A model generated the notes under the pieces. The model saw nothing but the letters and a program-made list of their open reading frames with translations, was not told the origin of the DNA and did no database searches. 64,000 nucleotides of DNA from assembly GCA_951406725.2 (NCBI GenBank), contig OX597834.1, forward strand, positions 20,708,001 to 20,772,000, written 5' to 3'. Of this stretch, positions 13,317-27,192 are shown piece by piece. Positions within the stretch are counted from its first letter, which is position 1. The number at the start of each line of letters is the position of its first letter. A program made the translations under genes and the position numbers. The DNA comes from Octopus vulgaris. Taxonomy: Eukaryota.

Positions 13317-13730
13317 GTGGCTGTGTGGTAAGTAGCTTGCTTACCAACCACATGGTTCCGGGTTCAGTTCCACTGCGTGGCACTTTGGGCAAGTGTCTTC
13401 TGCTATAGCCTCGGGCCGACCAATGCCTTGTGAGTGGATTTGGTAGATGGAAACTGAAAGAAGCCCGTCGTATATATGTATATATATATATATAAATATA
13501 CGTGTGTTTGTGTGTCTGTGTTTGTCCCCCTAGCATTGCTTGACAACTGAAGCTGGTGTGTTTACGTCCCCGTCACTTAGCGGTTTGGCAAAAGAGACCG
13601 ATAGAATAAGTACTCGGCTTACAAAGAATAAGTCCCGGGGTCGATTTGCTCGACTAAAGGCGGTGCTCCAGCATGGCCGCAGTCAAATGACTGAAACAAG
13701 TAAATAGAGTAAAAAAGAGAAAAAAGAGTA
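13317..13730 (+). mobile_element. Family A tRNA-derived SINE, full length
   Basis: A box tggctgtgtgg, B box gggttcagttcc, CORE-like ttgggcaagtgtctt, internal (TA)n(TG)n, gagtaaaa tail; highly similar to 26411 and 61899. Confidence 0.92.
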
Positions 13731-13814
13731 TAATGGGATTCTTTCAGTTTCCATCTACCAAATCTACTTACAAGGCTTTGGTCAGATGGAAGCTGTAGTA
13801 GAGGACACTTGCCT

Positions 13815-14335
13815 AAGAGAGTAGCAGATGAAGAGTTGGGCAAAGAATGCAATGGATGGATAATTTCACAAGAATGGTGAGACAGTTGGAGAACTCCTGG
13901 TCAATTGGGAAAATTTTCTAGTGGTTTCATCAATGGACTGCAGGCACATGATAAATGATGATAACAATGAGTTGTTCATAGGTCAATCATATGTTTAAAA
14001 TGTGGGTTTATAGGAAGATGTTGAGTTTCTTATGAGGACCATTGGACGACTGAATAAGGGTTACAACAATTAGGGGAAAGATGATGACTTCTAGAGATTG
14101 TGAAAGAACAAAAGCTCATCTATATTGACCATATTTGAAGAAGCAGAGGTTTGCAAATGTTATCATGAAAATAAGAGGGTAGAAGATGAAGAGTTGGTCA
14201 AAGAATGCAATGGATGGATAATTTCACAAACTGGTTGGACAAGGGTGGCGAGGTAGCCGGAGAACTCCTGGTCAATTGGAAAAATTTTGTAGTGGTTTCA
14301 TCAACACAGCAGGCATTTGATACACAACAATGAGC
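13815..14335 (+). mobile_element. Degraded RTE-clade LINE 3' end with tandem duplicate of its terminus
   Basis: MFKMWVYRKML...LLEIVKEQKLIYIDHI...EGRR*RVGQRMQWMDN matches the RTE C-terminal pattern; 13815-13975 duplicates 14176-14335. Confidence 0.7.
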
Positions 14336-14707
14336 CATTGTTACTGAGTTGTGGTCATACTGGAGCAGTACTTCTAAGGTTTCTTTCTTTATGTTTTAGT
14401 TGATCATATTTGGCCCTGGTATATGTTTCAGTTTAGTAGTTACTTTATTGATCTGAATTAAGAGGTGAAATTTATCAAAATAATCGTTAAAATTATTTGT
14501 GATATGAAAGGAAGGTTCGTAACAGAAGTTCACCCAATTGCATCATAAACGTAAATAAACACAGAATTTTCCCAGATAAGACACAAGCAATAATCAATAA
14601 ACACATTTAGACATTTTAAACAGATATATGCATGCATGTTTATGTTTTGTATGTGTGTGTGTATAAATGTATATACATACACACACTGATGTATATATGT
14701 GTATATG

Positions 14708-14746
<39 letters not shown>

Positions 14747-14769
14747 GCATGTCTCTATGTAAATATGCA

Positions 14770-14831
<62 letters not shown>

Positions 14832-15179
14832 TGTATATATGTGTCTGTTTACGTGCAAACATTGAATAATAAAAACAACTCAAAAATACTACCTACCTAC
14901 CTATCCACCTACCTACCTACCTATCTATCTATGTCTCTGTATATATTTCCATTTTAATAATAAAAAAAAGAATCAAAATTTCAATCATTTCTTTTTTTTA
15001 AAAATAACCAAAATTAAAATTACCAAAAATGGTAAAAAAAACCCCCCAAAACACAAACAATAAAATAAAATGAATAAGTGGATAAATAAAAAGATAGTAA
15101 GGGCAAGAAGGTGGGACACGACTGGTGCCTAACCCAAATATCAGCATATCAAAGGCTGACAGTAAGTTTCTGATAAGCA

Positions 15180-15220
<41 letters not shown>

Positions 15221-15349
15221 TCTAAATGAAATCCACTTTCAGTTTAGAATTTGATAGACTATAAAGAATCAATTCCAACTAACATCAGATGTTATATAAT
15301 GTCTTTGAAATAAAAAAAAATATCTAATAATGTTTTGGGGTGTATGGAG

Positions 15350-15800
15350 GGGGTGAGCTGGCAGAACCATTAGGATGCCAGCCAAAATGCTTACTGGTGT
15401 TTTGTCTGTGTTTGTGTTCTGAGTTCAAATTCAATCAAAGTCGACTTTACTTTTCCTTTTTTGGTGGGGTTGATAAAATAAATACTAATCAAATACTGGG
15501 GCGGGTGAAATCAACTTCCCTGTTGCTCCCAAAAGCTGTTGGCCCTGTTCCAAAACTTGAAACCAATATTAGCAGGTCATACAAGGCAGTGAGCTGGCAG
15601 AATCGTTAGTATGCTGGGCAAAATGCTTAGCACTATTTTGTCCTTCTTTACATTCTGAACTCAGATTCTTCCAAAGTCAACTTTGCCTTTGGTCTTTTCA
15701 GGGTCTATAAAATAAGTACCAGTTGAACCCTGGGTTTGATGTAATTGACTTGTCCCCTCCCTCAAAATTGCTGGCCTTGTGCAAAAATTTGAAATCAATA
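15350..15800 (+). mobile_element. Two tandem family B SINEs (tail type 3)
   Basis: gagctggcagaa heads at ~15355 and ~15591; ggccttgtgcaaaaatttgaaa-type tails. Confidence 0.8.
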
Positions 15801-15872
15801 TTTATCTGTGAGTGAAATTTGCTAGACAGAAACTGGATGAGGACCACTATGTTTGTACATGTGTATGTGTGT

Positions 15873-16056
15873 GGAGGTACATGGCTTAGTGGTTAGGGTG
15901 TTGGACTCATGATTGTAAGATTGTGGTTTCAGTTCCTGGACTGGACAACGCTTTGTGTTCTTCAGCAAAACACTTCATTTCACATTGCTCCAGTCCACAT
16001 AGCTTGGAAAAATGAGTTACCCTGCGATGGACTTGCACCCCATCCAGATGGAGAAT
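15873..16056 (+). mobile_element. Family V-related SINE
   Basis: tRNA-like head tggcttagtggttagg and cctgcgatggacttgcaccccatccag at 16021-16047. Confidence 0.8.
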
Positions 16057-16065
16057 TTGGTCGTG

Positions 16066-16142
16066 GTGATGATGATGATGATGAGTGATGATGATGATGA
16101 TGATGATGACAGTGGTGATGATGAGGATGATGATGATGACAG

Positions 16143-16184
<42 letters not shown>

Positions 16185-16211
16185 CAGTGATGATGATGAT
16201 GATGATGACAG

Positions 16212-16266
<55 letters not shown>

Positions 16267-16490
16267 GATGATGATAGTGGTAGTGGTGACAATAATGAAG
16301 AAGATGATGCTGATGGTGATGATGGTGCAAATGGTGATGGTGATAATGACGACGATGATGATAGCGATGACAATGATGCAGGTGATGATGATGCTAATAA
16401 TGATAATGATGATAGTACTGATAATGATGATGACAATGGTGATGATGATGATGAGGACAACAATGATGCTGGTAATAATGGCAATGACAA
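16066..16490. repeat. (GAT)n microsatellite, degenerate 3' half
   Basis: Direct reading. Confidence 0.95.
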
Positions 16491-17083
16491 TTAGCAGAAT
16501 CGTTATAGTATCAGTCAAGATGTTTTTTTCTGTTTAATTACAGCACATTTTTTTACGTTCTAGGTTCAAACACCACCAAGGTCTACTTTGTCTTTTCTCC
16601 ATAAAGGGGCCAATAAATAAATGTACCAGTCATCTACAAGGCTTCACTTAATTAACTATAACCTCCATCAGAAATTTGTGGCATTGTGCCAATGTTAGAA
16701 ATTTAGGAATCAATATTTTTAAAAACCATAGGGGGATATGTGGGTGTGTGGGTAGCAAGCCAACTTCTTCAAAAAGTAAAAATAGCAACAGCAAAAGTAA
16801 CAACAACAACTACAGCTACAAAATGCAAACAAAAACATAAAATGTTGACATGCAAGGCTAAGGTAAATAGATTTGGTGAATGAAGAAAAGAAATGGAAAG
16901 AAACCAGTGAAAAAGATAAAGGTGAAAATTGAATTAGTGGAGAGAGAAATTGTATTTTCTTTTTCTTTTCATGTTGAGATGAATGAAGGTAAAGATGAAT
17001 GAGAAAGGGTTTTTGTGAAAGGGAAAGAAAAAAATGTTGAGATAGAATAGGAAATACAAAGCTTGAGATAGGTAGATAGATAG

Positions 17084-17166
<83 letters not shown>

Positions 17167-17214
17167 GTAGAAAGATAGGTAGAAAGATAAGTAGATAGGT
17201 AGAAAGATAGGTGC

Positions 17215-17255
<41 letters not shown>

Positions 17256-17864
17256 TCTAATATAGATTCATTGATAGCTAGATACAGACATACAAACAAT
17301 AATAAATACATACATACATATATACATACAAACGTAGATAGACAGACATACAGATATATACATACATATATATAAAATATATATATTATATATAGGTGGC
17401 TTGAAAAATCTAGAGAGAGAGAGAGAAAGCTTTTTTGTGAAAGAACATGAAAAAGGACAGACATAATAGGAAGTAGAAAGAAATTAGAGACAGACAGACA
17501 GATAGATAGACCGATAGAAAAAAAACTATCTGAAATGAAGGAACATCATGCAGAGAAAGGGTCCATTTCCTCTACTCCATCCCCATACAATTACAAAATG
17601 AAATGCAAAATAGATAGAAAAGTGTTTGGAGGAAGAAATAGGTACAGATATGGGCGTGCGATTTAAAAGTTAGCCTTGTAACCCCATGGTTTAAACTGGC
17701 AATCCTTTCATCAGCCATGGAGAAAAGAATCAGCATAGTTTCAGTGCATTTATAGAGTCCAAAAACTACCCCTCTGATTACACCAGTGCTAACTGAATAC
17801 CAGTAAATTAATATTAATATATATATATATATATATATACATATATATATAATAATAATAATAA

Positions 17865-18240
17865 TATTAGGGAGTAAATCCAAACTTACAGGGAAAAATT
17901 AGATTTAGGATTAAATATAATTTTACAGTATAAATATAAATTAAATTTGAGATAAAACTACTATTAGGCAAATCAAACAGTGAAAACATAAACCAAAACA
18001 TAGAAATAAAAATAATATAATATAATATACAAAATATATAAAATACAAAATTTAAAATTTAAATAATTTAAATTTAAATTAAAAAATTTTTAATTTTTAA
18101 CTTTAAATTTAAATAATTTAAATTTTAAATTTTGTATTTTATATATTTTGTATATTAATTATTTTTATTTCTATGTTTTGGTTTATGCTTTTCACTGTTT
18201 GATTTACCTAATAGTGGTTTTATTCTAATTTAATTTATAT
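17865..18240. repeat. AT-rich ~300-bp palindrome within a dispersed repeat
   Basis: 17934-18085 is the reverse complement of 18090-18240; the aatccaaacttaca segment recurs inverted near 44015-44030. Confidence 0.85.
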
Positions 18241-18241
18241 A

Positions 18242-18309
<68 letters not shown>

Positions 18310-20059
18310 GACATAGATAGATAGGTAGGTAGGTAGGTCGATAGGTAGGTAGGTAGATAAATAGTTAGGTATGTAGGTAGGTATGTTGGTATGTAGGTTG
18401 GTAGGTAGGTGCTTGCCTTTCACTGCTTGACAACCGATGCTGGTTTGTTTGCATCCTTGTGACTTAGTGGTTTACCTAAAAAACAGGGATAGAACAAATA
18501 TCAGCCTCAAGTGTAAGTACTGGGGTCAATTTGATTAAATAAACCCTTCAGTGCAGTGCCTTGGCATGACTGCAGTCCAGTGACTGAAGCCATTAAAGGG
18601 ATAAAAGAACCCCCTACCACCACACACACACACACGTACACATACACACACACCCACGCACATGCACACACACACATCTCTCTTTCTCTCCCTGTCACTC
18701 TCCCTCCCTGTCTCTGTCTCTCTCTGTCAGTCTATCTCTCTCTGTCAGTCTATCTCTCTCTGTCAGTCTATCTCTCTCTGTCAGTCTGTCTCTCTCTCTG
18801 TCTTGCTCTCTCTCTCCATCTCTCTCTCTCTCTCTCACTTTAGTCTATGCCATGTCAACCATGGGCATCAACTCCAACTGAAAAACAAATTATTCTTCAG
18901 GCTGAGTAAGGTAACATCTCATCTGCCAGTTCTGAGGCAATACACAGTTGTGTCCCACATAAGTTCATGGACATATGTCATGTAAGCTAGACCATCAGGC
19001 TTGAGCATCCCATCAGGGTTAGAAAAAGAAGCATAGCTCAGTGACAGATTGGTCTGGTCAATAAAAAGTGTGGCCTATGAATTTCCCTGTCTTGTACAAG
19101 GCAACCAATGAAAGAGGAATTGGTAAAAGAAAGGGCATTCAGTTATGTAGCCTGGTGTCTCAGACAAAAATACCAATCTAAGTCTTGGTTGCATGAAACA
19201 GCTGTCGTAAACTGTTGGTGATGATGAGGCTATATGAATATGTATATATTGTGAGATAAGGGAAACCATAAACAGTTCACATCATTTATGGAAGAGTGAG
19301 AGAGCATGGTAAGAGGGAGAGACAAGATGAAAGAGGAGTAGGAGAGAGGAAAGACAAGGATAAGAGAGATGAGAAGAGAGAGCAAGACAAGGGTAAAAAA
19401 TATGAGAGAGAAAATGGGAGATGAGTAGGGGAAGCAAGAGAGGGAGAGAGGAAGAAGGAGGGACTGTGATCGATGGAGGGATGGAGAGAGGAAGGGAGGA
19501 AGGAAGGAGGATGAGAAGGAGTTAGAGAGAGGAAAGGAAAGAGAGAGATTAAGAAAGTGAGAGGTGGGGAGAAGGTGAGAGAAAGAGAAGGTGAGAGAGC
19601 AGAAGGGGAAGGTGAGAGAGAGAGGAAAGGGAAAGGTAAGAGAGAAAGAGATGGGAAGGAGAGAGAGAGAGGAAGGGAAGAAGAGAGAGAGGAAGGGAAG
19701 GAGAGAGAGAGTGAGAAATTGAAAAAATCAGACAGCATTGATACTGAAATATTATCATCATCACCAACATCATCTTCACTCTTAGAGATGCAGAATATCA
19801 GGCAAAGGTGGTATATATACATATATGGGGGAATGGGGGTGGCAGTGGAATAGACATGATTAGCAGGTACCTGGCATGATTAGCCATACCTGGCATGCAT
19901 ATTAATTTCATTTGTTATGCATCAAAACCCCACTAGAGTATTGATATTTCTGCAGCAATGTTACACTCTCTCTCTTGCCCTATCTCATTCACTAATCTGT
20001 TTTTATTATAAAGTTGCAACGGTGAAGAATTATATTTTTTTACTGAAATAGATTTGCTC

Positions 20060-20100
<41 letters not shown>

Positions 20101-20162
20101 CATTATTATTACCATTATTATTATTATTATTATTATTATCATTATTACCATTATTATTATCA

Positions 20163-20226
<64 letters not shown>

Positions 20227-20274
20227 TATTATTATTATCATTATTATTATCATTATTATTACCATTATTATTAC

Positions 20275-20307
<33 letters not shown>

Positions 20308-20415
20308 TATTATTATTATTATTATTATTATTATCATTATTATTACCATTATTATTACTATTATTATTATTATTATTAATATTATTATTATTATTATTAT
20401 TAACATTATTATTAC

Positions 20416-20454
<39 letters not shown>

Positions 20455-20458
20455 CATT
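20060..20458. repeat. (TTA)n microsatellite, ~400 bp
   Basis: Direct reading; periodic ACC/ATC interruptions. Confidence 0.97.
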
Positions 20459-20459
20459 A

Positions 20460-20680
20460 GGGTGGCAAGCTGGCAGAATCATTAGCAGGTTGGGCGAGAT
20501 GCTTAGTGGCAGTTCGTCTGTCTTCTGATTCTGAGTTTAAATATCCGTGAAAGTTGACTTTGCCTTTCATCCTTTTGGGGTCAATGAAATAAATACCAGT
20601 TACATACTGGGGTCGATGTAATTGACTTAACCCCTCCCCCCCGAATTTCAGGCCTTGTGTCTTTAATAAAAAAGTTTATT
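20460..20680 (+). mobile_element. Family B SINE (tail type 2) within (TTA)n
   Basis: ggtggcaagctggcagaatcattagc head, gactttgcctttcatcc body, aatttcaggccttgtg tail. Confidence 0.88.
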
Positions 20681-20749
20681 GTTATTATTATTATTGAGAG
20701 GGTAGTGTGTGCTATCAAAGTGACACTGGGGTACAAATATACGAAACCC

Positions 20750-20804
<55 letters not shown>

Positions 20805-20970
20805 CATCTGTGTATCATCATCATCATTTAACCTCCCTTTTCAATGCTGGTAAAGGTTTGGCAAGTGAGAAGACTGCATTAAGCCTTATGAAATCCTCTC
20901 CAGCAATGCCTACCCAAACAGATCCATGAATTAAAGGGTTGTAATCTGAGAGGTGTAAAGGTGTCATCTA

Positions 20971-21227
20971 CAATTGTGGCCAAAAGTTTTGAACATAGGT
21001 CTGAAAATTAAAATTTTTATATATTTAATGCCCAAAGTCACATTTGGTTGTCAATACATTATTACTTGGCCAAAAGTTTGGAACAAAAATCTGAAACTGT
21101 TTTCTTCCAGGTGTTGGAACCCTTGGATTGGTTATTCGGTACATTGCATATATTTGGATCGAGTTGTACTTGGGCAGAACAATTTTAATTTTTTTAAAAA
21201 AATGTTCCAAACTTTTGGTCACAACTG
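20971..21227. mobile_element. Tc1-type MITE
   Basis: TIRs caattgtggccaaaagttttgaaca / tgttccaaacttttggtcacaactg, TA on both sides, inner copy of ggccaaaagtttggaaca at ~21069. Confidence 0.85.
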
Positions 21228-21291
21228 TATCAGGAGTTACAAATCACCAGTGAGCCGTTGTTACAGCCCCCTATTACTACTACTACTACTA

Positions 21292-21330
<39 letters not shown>

Positions 21331-21556
21331 ATTAAGAGTATTCAAGCATAGAAAATATGCTTCAATGAATTTCATGTGACCCATACAAGCATAGAAAAAT
21401 GGATGTAAAAAAAATAATACCGATTGACAATGGTAACAATAATGATGATGATGATGATGATGTAAGTAATTGCCCTGGACATTATTGTCTTGAATCAAAG
21501 GGCTCATAGGGACAGTTACTTGGTTTCCACAGTTTATAAGTGACAGTGTTGACAAC

Positions 21557-21730
21557 ATTCCCCTGGACAGGACACCGGTCCCCTCAAGGAATTATACATT
21601 CACAGCTGAGTGGACTGGAACAAGGTGAAGTGCAGTGTTTTGCCAAAGAACACAACACACCACCCAACCTTAGAATTGAACCCACGATCTTGCATGCGCT
21701 GAGTACACCACCCTAGACACAAAGCCATGC
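21557..21730 (-). mobile_element. Family V-related SINE
   Basis: Reverse complement of tRNA head plus ccagtccactcagctg and V-like tgtcctgtccagggg. Confidence 0.7.
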
Positions 21731-23018
21731 AATTTCATAGCAGAAAACCCTGGCCAGTTTAGTTTCTTTTATCCATTTTTTGCTAGCTGGACATTACTCT
21801 GGCCAAACACTCTCATTACTGCTTTGATGACCAATTACACCTCCACACATCCTCTGCCCACTTCCTGTTCATTCTTGACCGCCGAAAGGCAATCGTTATT
21901 CACATCTAAGAGACTTTCTCTTTTTTTCTCTTATGGTTTTACCGGAACATTAAAACATGGTTGTTTTTCCTGCCTCTTACATAACTTCCTCATTTGAATT
22001 AAGCATTGACCTTATCGATATCTGGGATGTTAATGGCGGTGGCGATGATAGTGGCGGTGGCGGTGGTATGGTGGTGGTGGTGGTGATGGCAGCGGCGGCG
22101 GTGGTGGTAAGGTGGTGGTGGTGGTTGTGGTGGTGGTGGTGGTGCTGCTGCTGCTGCTGCTGCAACCACCACCAACGCAGAAATCCTAGACAGCATCCAA
22201 ATATTAGGTTACCTGATTGATTGGTATAAAATGATTGTGTTGCCAATATGCCTTCAACATCTGGCCCACAGAAATTCTGTCTCATATTATCTACTCCTAC
22301 CACGACCATCACCACCACCACCGCCGCTACTATTGCTATTACATGAATGGCCATTGATCCTCGGTACTGGCTCGTCTCGTGCTATCCTCATTCCATCTCT
22401 GTGGGACTTACCTCTTGTTTTCTCACCACCCTAACCCTAACCCAACCCTTATTCCCCTAAGTCCAATACATCAATAACCTCATCCCATCCTTTCTTCCCT
22501 GAATTTCAGTTCCCAGGAATAACCCCACCCTTTAACCATGATTTCCTTGTTAGCATCAGATTTTTTAAATTTTTATACTTTTAGGCAAGGAAAAGGGCAA
22601 TACCTTTAGCCCTTTGCAGCATTTCTGAGACTAATCATCATCATCTTTTAATGTCCACTTTCCATGCTGGCATGGGTGAGGTGGTTTGACTGGTAAACTG
22701 GTAAACTAAAGAGCTGTACCAGGTTCCAGTCTGGTATGTGGAAGTGACACATGAGCTTCTAAATCTTGGAATCAAGTGTGACAGTAAAAGTTTTAAAGTT
22801 ATTTAAAGGTATTCTCTTAGGTAAGAGTATGTTTAGGGCAGTGTTAGGGGTCGCATGGCAATTCTAGCAAAAGTCTTAGGAAATTAATTTGGCAGCAAGT
22901 CTTTGCTCTTCTTTTGTCAGCATGATTGAAGAAGCTCATCTTGATAGTAAATTGAGTATGGCTCATGCATAATCACACCTACACACACACACACATGCAT
23001 GTACACACTCACATATAT

Positions 23019-23059
<41 letters not shown>

Positions 23060-23129
23060 TATATACAAGCATGTACACATATATATGTATACATGCAAGC
23101 ATGTATACATATATGTATGTTTATATATA

Positions 23130-23186
<57 letters not shown>

Positions 23187-23187
23187 G

Positions 23188-23246
<59 letters not shown>

Positions 23247-23377
23247 AGAGAGAGATAGAAAGAGAAAATATTAATTCATTGGCAAGTCATTGATTATTGA
23301 CTTCACTACTTCTCTGTGTATAAGTGTTTGTGTGTGTGTCTCTCTCTCTCTCTTCTCCATCTCCCCCTCTCTCTCTC

Positions 23378-23417
<40 letters not shown>

Positions 23418-24149
23418 GTTAGATAGATGTATATATGCTGTCAGTGTACATTAGATTAGGTCACATCAATACATCACTGTTTCAACATTTTCATCAGTGA
23501 GGTTAAAACGACAAGAGATGACTGTGAAATGTAGGCTGTCAGTGAAATACTGAAATAGCATACATAACATAATATAAAACCCTGTCCAAGGTCACTCAAA
23601 CTAATTTAGCAAATAACAGCATTCCACATATTTTCTTCCTGGATTATAACCAGAGTAGAAATGTTGATTTTTTTTTTTTTATTATTATTATTCCGAACCA
23701 TTTACTTTATCTCTCCTTTGTGAATAATATTGGGTTTTTTTCTCCTTCCAATATTAAAATCGATGATAAGGAAACTTCGCTGTTATATATAATCTAACGT
23801 ATGATAAATTTTCTGCTTAGGCTCAAGGCCATAAATTTGAGGAACGAGTTAGCATATTAGAAGCACTTTTTGTTCCTAAAAATAATATCACGAAAAATCA
23901 TCTTAGGTTTTATATGCAAAGTTGGGTCTCCCTCAAGATTTTATGCACTAAAAGCTTTTTTTTTTTGTGAATGTGTGCTACTGAAATTAGGGTGCATTTA
24001 ATAAGCGAGTGCTCCTTTTATGCCATCCAATACAGTAACTGATTAAATCAACACCAATACTTAACTGGTGTTTTATTTGATTAACCTCACTGGCCTGGAA
24101 GATTGAAAGGCAGTGGTGGCCTCAGATGGATTTGATCTTAGAATAAATA

Positions 24150-24360
24150 ATCCTTTCTGCTATAGACACAAGGCCTGAAATTTTAGGGGAGAGGGATAGA
24201 CGATAACATCGATCCCAATATTCAACTGGTGCTTATTTTATCAGTCCCAAAACGATGAAAGGCAAAGTCGATCTCGGCAGAATCTGAACCCAGAATGTGC
24301 AGATGAACAAAATGCCTCTAAGCATTTCATCCAGTGTGCTTAACAAGTCTGCCAGCTCAA
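24150..24360 (-). mobile_element. Family B SINE (tail type 2)
   Basis: gatgaaaggcaaagtcgatctcggcagaatctgaacccagaa...tctgccagctc. Confidence 0.88.
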
Positions 24361-24399
24361 TGCAAGGAATTTTATTCAATGGGTGTGTTGTATAATGTG

Positions 24400-24812
24400 G
24401 TCGAGCTGGCAGAATCGTTAGCACGCCTGGGCGAAATGCGTAGCCGTATTTCGTCTGCCGTTACGTTCTGGGTTCAAATTCCGCCGAGGTCGACTTTGCC
24501 ATTCATCCTTTCGGGGTCGATAAATTAAGTACCAGTTACGCACTGGGGTCGATCTGATCGACTTAATCCGTTTGTCTGTCCTTGTTTGTCTTCTCTGTGT
24601 TTAGCCCTTTGTGGGTAGTAAAGAAATAGGTATTTCGTCTGCCGTTACGTTCTGGGTTCAAATTCCGCCGAGGTCGACTTTGCCATTCGTCCTTTCGGGG
24701 TCGATAAATTAAGTACCAGTTACACACTAGGGTCGATGTAATCGACTTAATCCCTTTGTCTGTCCTTGTTTGTCCTCTCTGTGTTTAGCCCTTTGTGGGT
24801 AGTAAAGAAATA
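24400..24812 (+). mobile_element. Young family B SINE (tail type 1) with 184-bp tandem duplication
   Basis: gtatttcgtctgccgttacg at 24446 and 24630; CpGs intact; near-identical to 44146-44375. Confidence 0.93.
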
Positions 24813-25199
24813 TATAATGTGATTTTAGATTCCCTGCTTCTGGAAATTTTGAATAACTAAATACAGAAGAGGACATACATACATGCATACATAAATCCTT
24901 TCCCCTCATTCTTCCTCACATGTCCATGTACCTACAACACACAGAGTGCCCCTATTAAATCCTCTCCCTCCCTTCACACTTCTACTCCTACTCTCCTCTT
25001 GAAATCTTGTGAATTCACCCACTACTCCACCTTTTGCAATCTCTGGTCCCCTCCACTATATACACCACCTTATGACTTGCCTATGTTGCCCCTGAACTTC
25101 ACCTCTCTCTTTCCCTGTCTCTCTCTCTCTCTTCCCTATTTGAGGTAGCCATGTCTCACTTCTAATGCAAAACATCATCTCTGTCCCTCAATACAAGTT

Positions 25200-25440
25200 A
25201 AGGGTAGAGGGTCTTGTTCTGCAAATCATTAGGGGACTTTACTGCTGTTAGTGCCACATAAAAAGCACCCAGTACACTCTGTAAAATGGTCTGCACTGGA
25301 AAGAGCATAGAGCTGTAGAAAACATGCCAAATCAGGCGGCAGAGCTTCGTGCAATCTTCTGACTTGCCAGCTCCTGTCAACCCATCTGACACATGCCAGC
25401 ATGGAAAATGGACATTAAATGATGATGACGATGATAATGA
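25200..25440 (+). mobile_element. Family C repeat, diverged
   Basis: aaaagcacccagtacactctgtaaaatgg...catgccagcatggaaaatggacattaaatgatgat. Confidence 0.75.
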
Positions 25441-25471
25441 GATACATACATAAGATATATGTACATAGATA

Positions 25472-25510
<39 letters not shown>

Positions 25511-25726
25511 ATGTATATATATGTGTATATATATGTATGTATATATATGTGTATATATATATATGTATGTATATATATATGTGTATATATATATATGTAT
25601 GTATATATATGTGTATATATATATATATATGTATGTATATATATATATATATGTACATATATATATATATACCTACATACATTCATACATACATAAATAT
25701 ATAGATAGCTGAGTACGTAAGATATA

Positions 25727-25785
<59 letters not shown>

Positions 25786-26325
25786 CACACATATGTATAT
25801 GCATACATACATTCATATACGCATATATTCATTCAAGCTTAGATTTATTTATTCCCTCACACAATTATAAATATTTGTGTGGATGCATCTAGAATGTTCC
25901 ACTAAAATACGACTGCATATGCTTCATAACAGCCAGTATAACTATGCACACACATGCACATACACACACACATACACACATGCACACACTTATTGAACAG
26001 ATGCACAGTTTCCCTGCAATATTTAAAGAATGTTCTTTCCAGAAAGTTCCCTGGCACTTTTAAAGCGCTGTGTGTAGAAATAATTTAGGAGATCTTGCCA
26101 AACCTTCAAGTTAGCCATTGTTTCTATTTATTCCTGGATGCCGTGAGCTTTCTTCCAGTGAATTTCTTGAAGCTCTGTCAGTCATTGTGTGTGTGTGTCT
26201 GTGTGTGTGTTTCTGTTTGTGCGTGTGTGGAAGAGAGAGAGAGAGTGAAGTCTTAAGGGAAGAGAAGCCAGTCTCTTTTCCTTCCACACTCTCCCCTTGC
26301 TCTCTCTCTCTCTCGCTCCATATAC

Positions 26326-26372
<47 letters not shown>

Positions 26373-26410
26373 TGCATATTTGTAATAAACATTTATTTTT
26401 GTATACACAT

Positions 26411-26576
26411 AGGCGCAGGAGTGGCTGTGTGGTAAGTAGCTTGCTAACCAGCCACATGGTTCCGGGTTCAGTCCCACTGCGTGGCATCTTGGGCAAGTGT
26501 CTTCTGCTATAGCCCTGGGCCAATCAATGCCTTTTGAGTGGATTTGGTAGACGGAAACTGAAAGAAGCCTGTCGTA

Positions 26577-26621
<45 letters not shown>

Positions 26622-26838
26622 ATGTGTTTGTGTGTCTGTGTTTGTCTCCCTAGCATCGCTTGACAACCAATGCTGGTGTGTTTACGTCCCGTCACTTAGC
26701 GGTTCGGCAAAAGAGACCGACAGAATAAGTACTCGGCTTACAAAGAATAAGTCCCAGCGTCGATTTGCTCGACTAAAGGCGGTGCTCCAGCATGGCCGCA
26801 GTCAAATGACTGAAACAAGTAAAAGAGAGAGAGTAAAG
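26411..26838 (+). mobile_element. Family A SINE, full length
   Basis: aggcgcaggagtggctgtgtggtaagtagc head through gaaacaagtaaaagag tail. Confidence 0.93.
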
Positions 26839-26924
26839 AGTATGTATGTACATGTGTATACAAATGTACATACATATGTACATATATACATATAGACAAT
26901 CTACAGTGTGTGTATATGTGTGTG

Positions 26925-27149
26925 TATTCTTTTATTCTTTTATTTGTTTCAGTCATTTGACTGCAGCCATGCTGGAGCACCACCTTTAGTTGAGCTAATC
27001 GACCCCAGGACTTATTCTTTGTAAGCCTAGTACTTATTCTATCAGTCTCTTTTGCCGAACCACTAAGTTACGGGGATGTAAACACACCAGCATCGGTTGT
27101 CAAGTGATGGTGGGGGACAAACACAGACACACAAACATATGCATATATA

Positions 27150-27192
<43 letters not shown>

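Noticed and set aside
16012-16494. Poly-Asp acidic (aspein-like) protein ORF
   Set aside because: Start lies inside a SINE; body is a GAT microsatellite; no signal peptide or splice context
22429-22450. Interstitial telomeric (CCCTAA)n
   Set aside because: Only two perfect units; expected by chance
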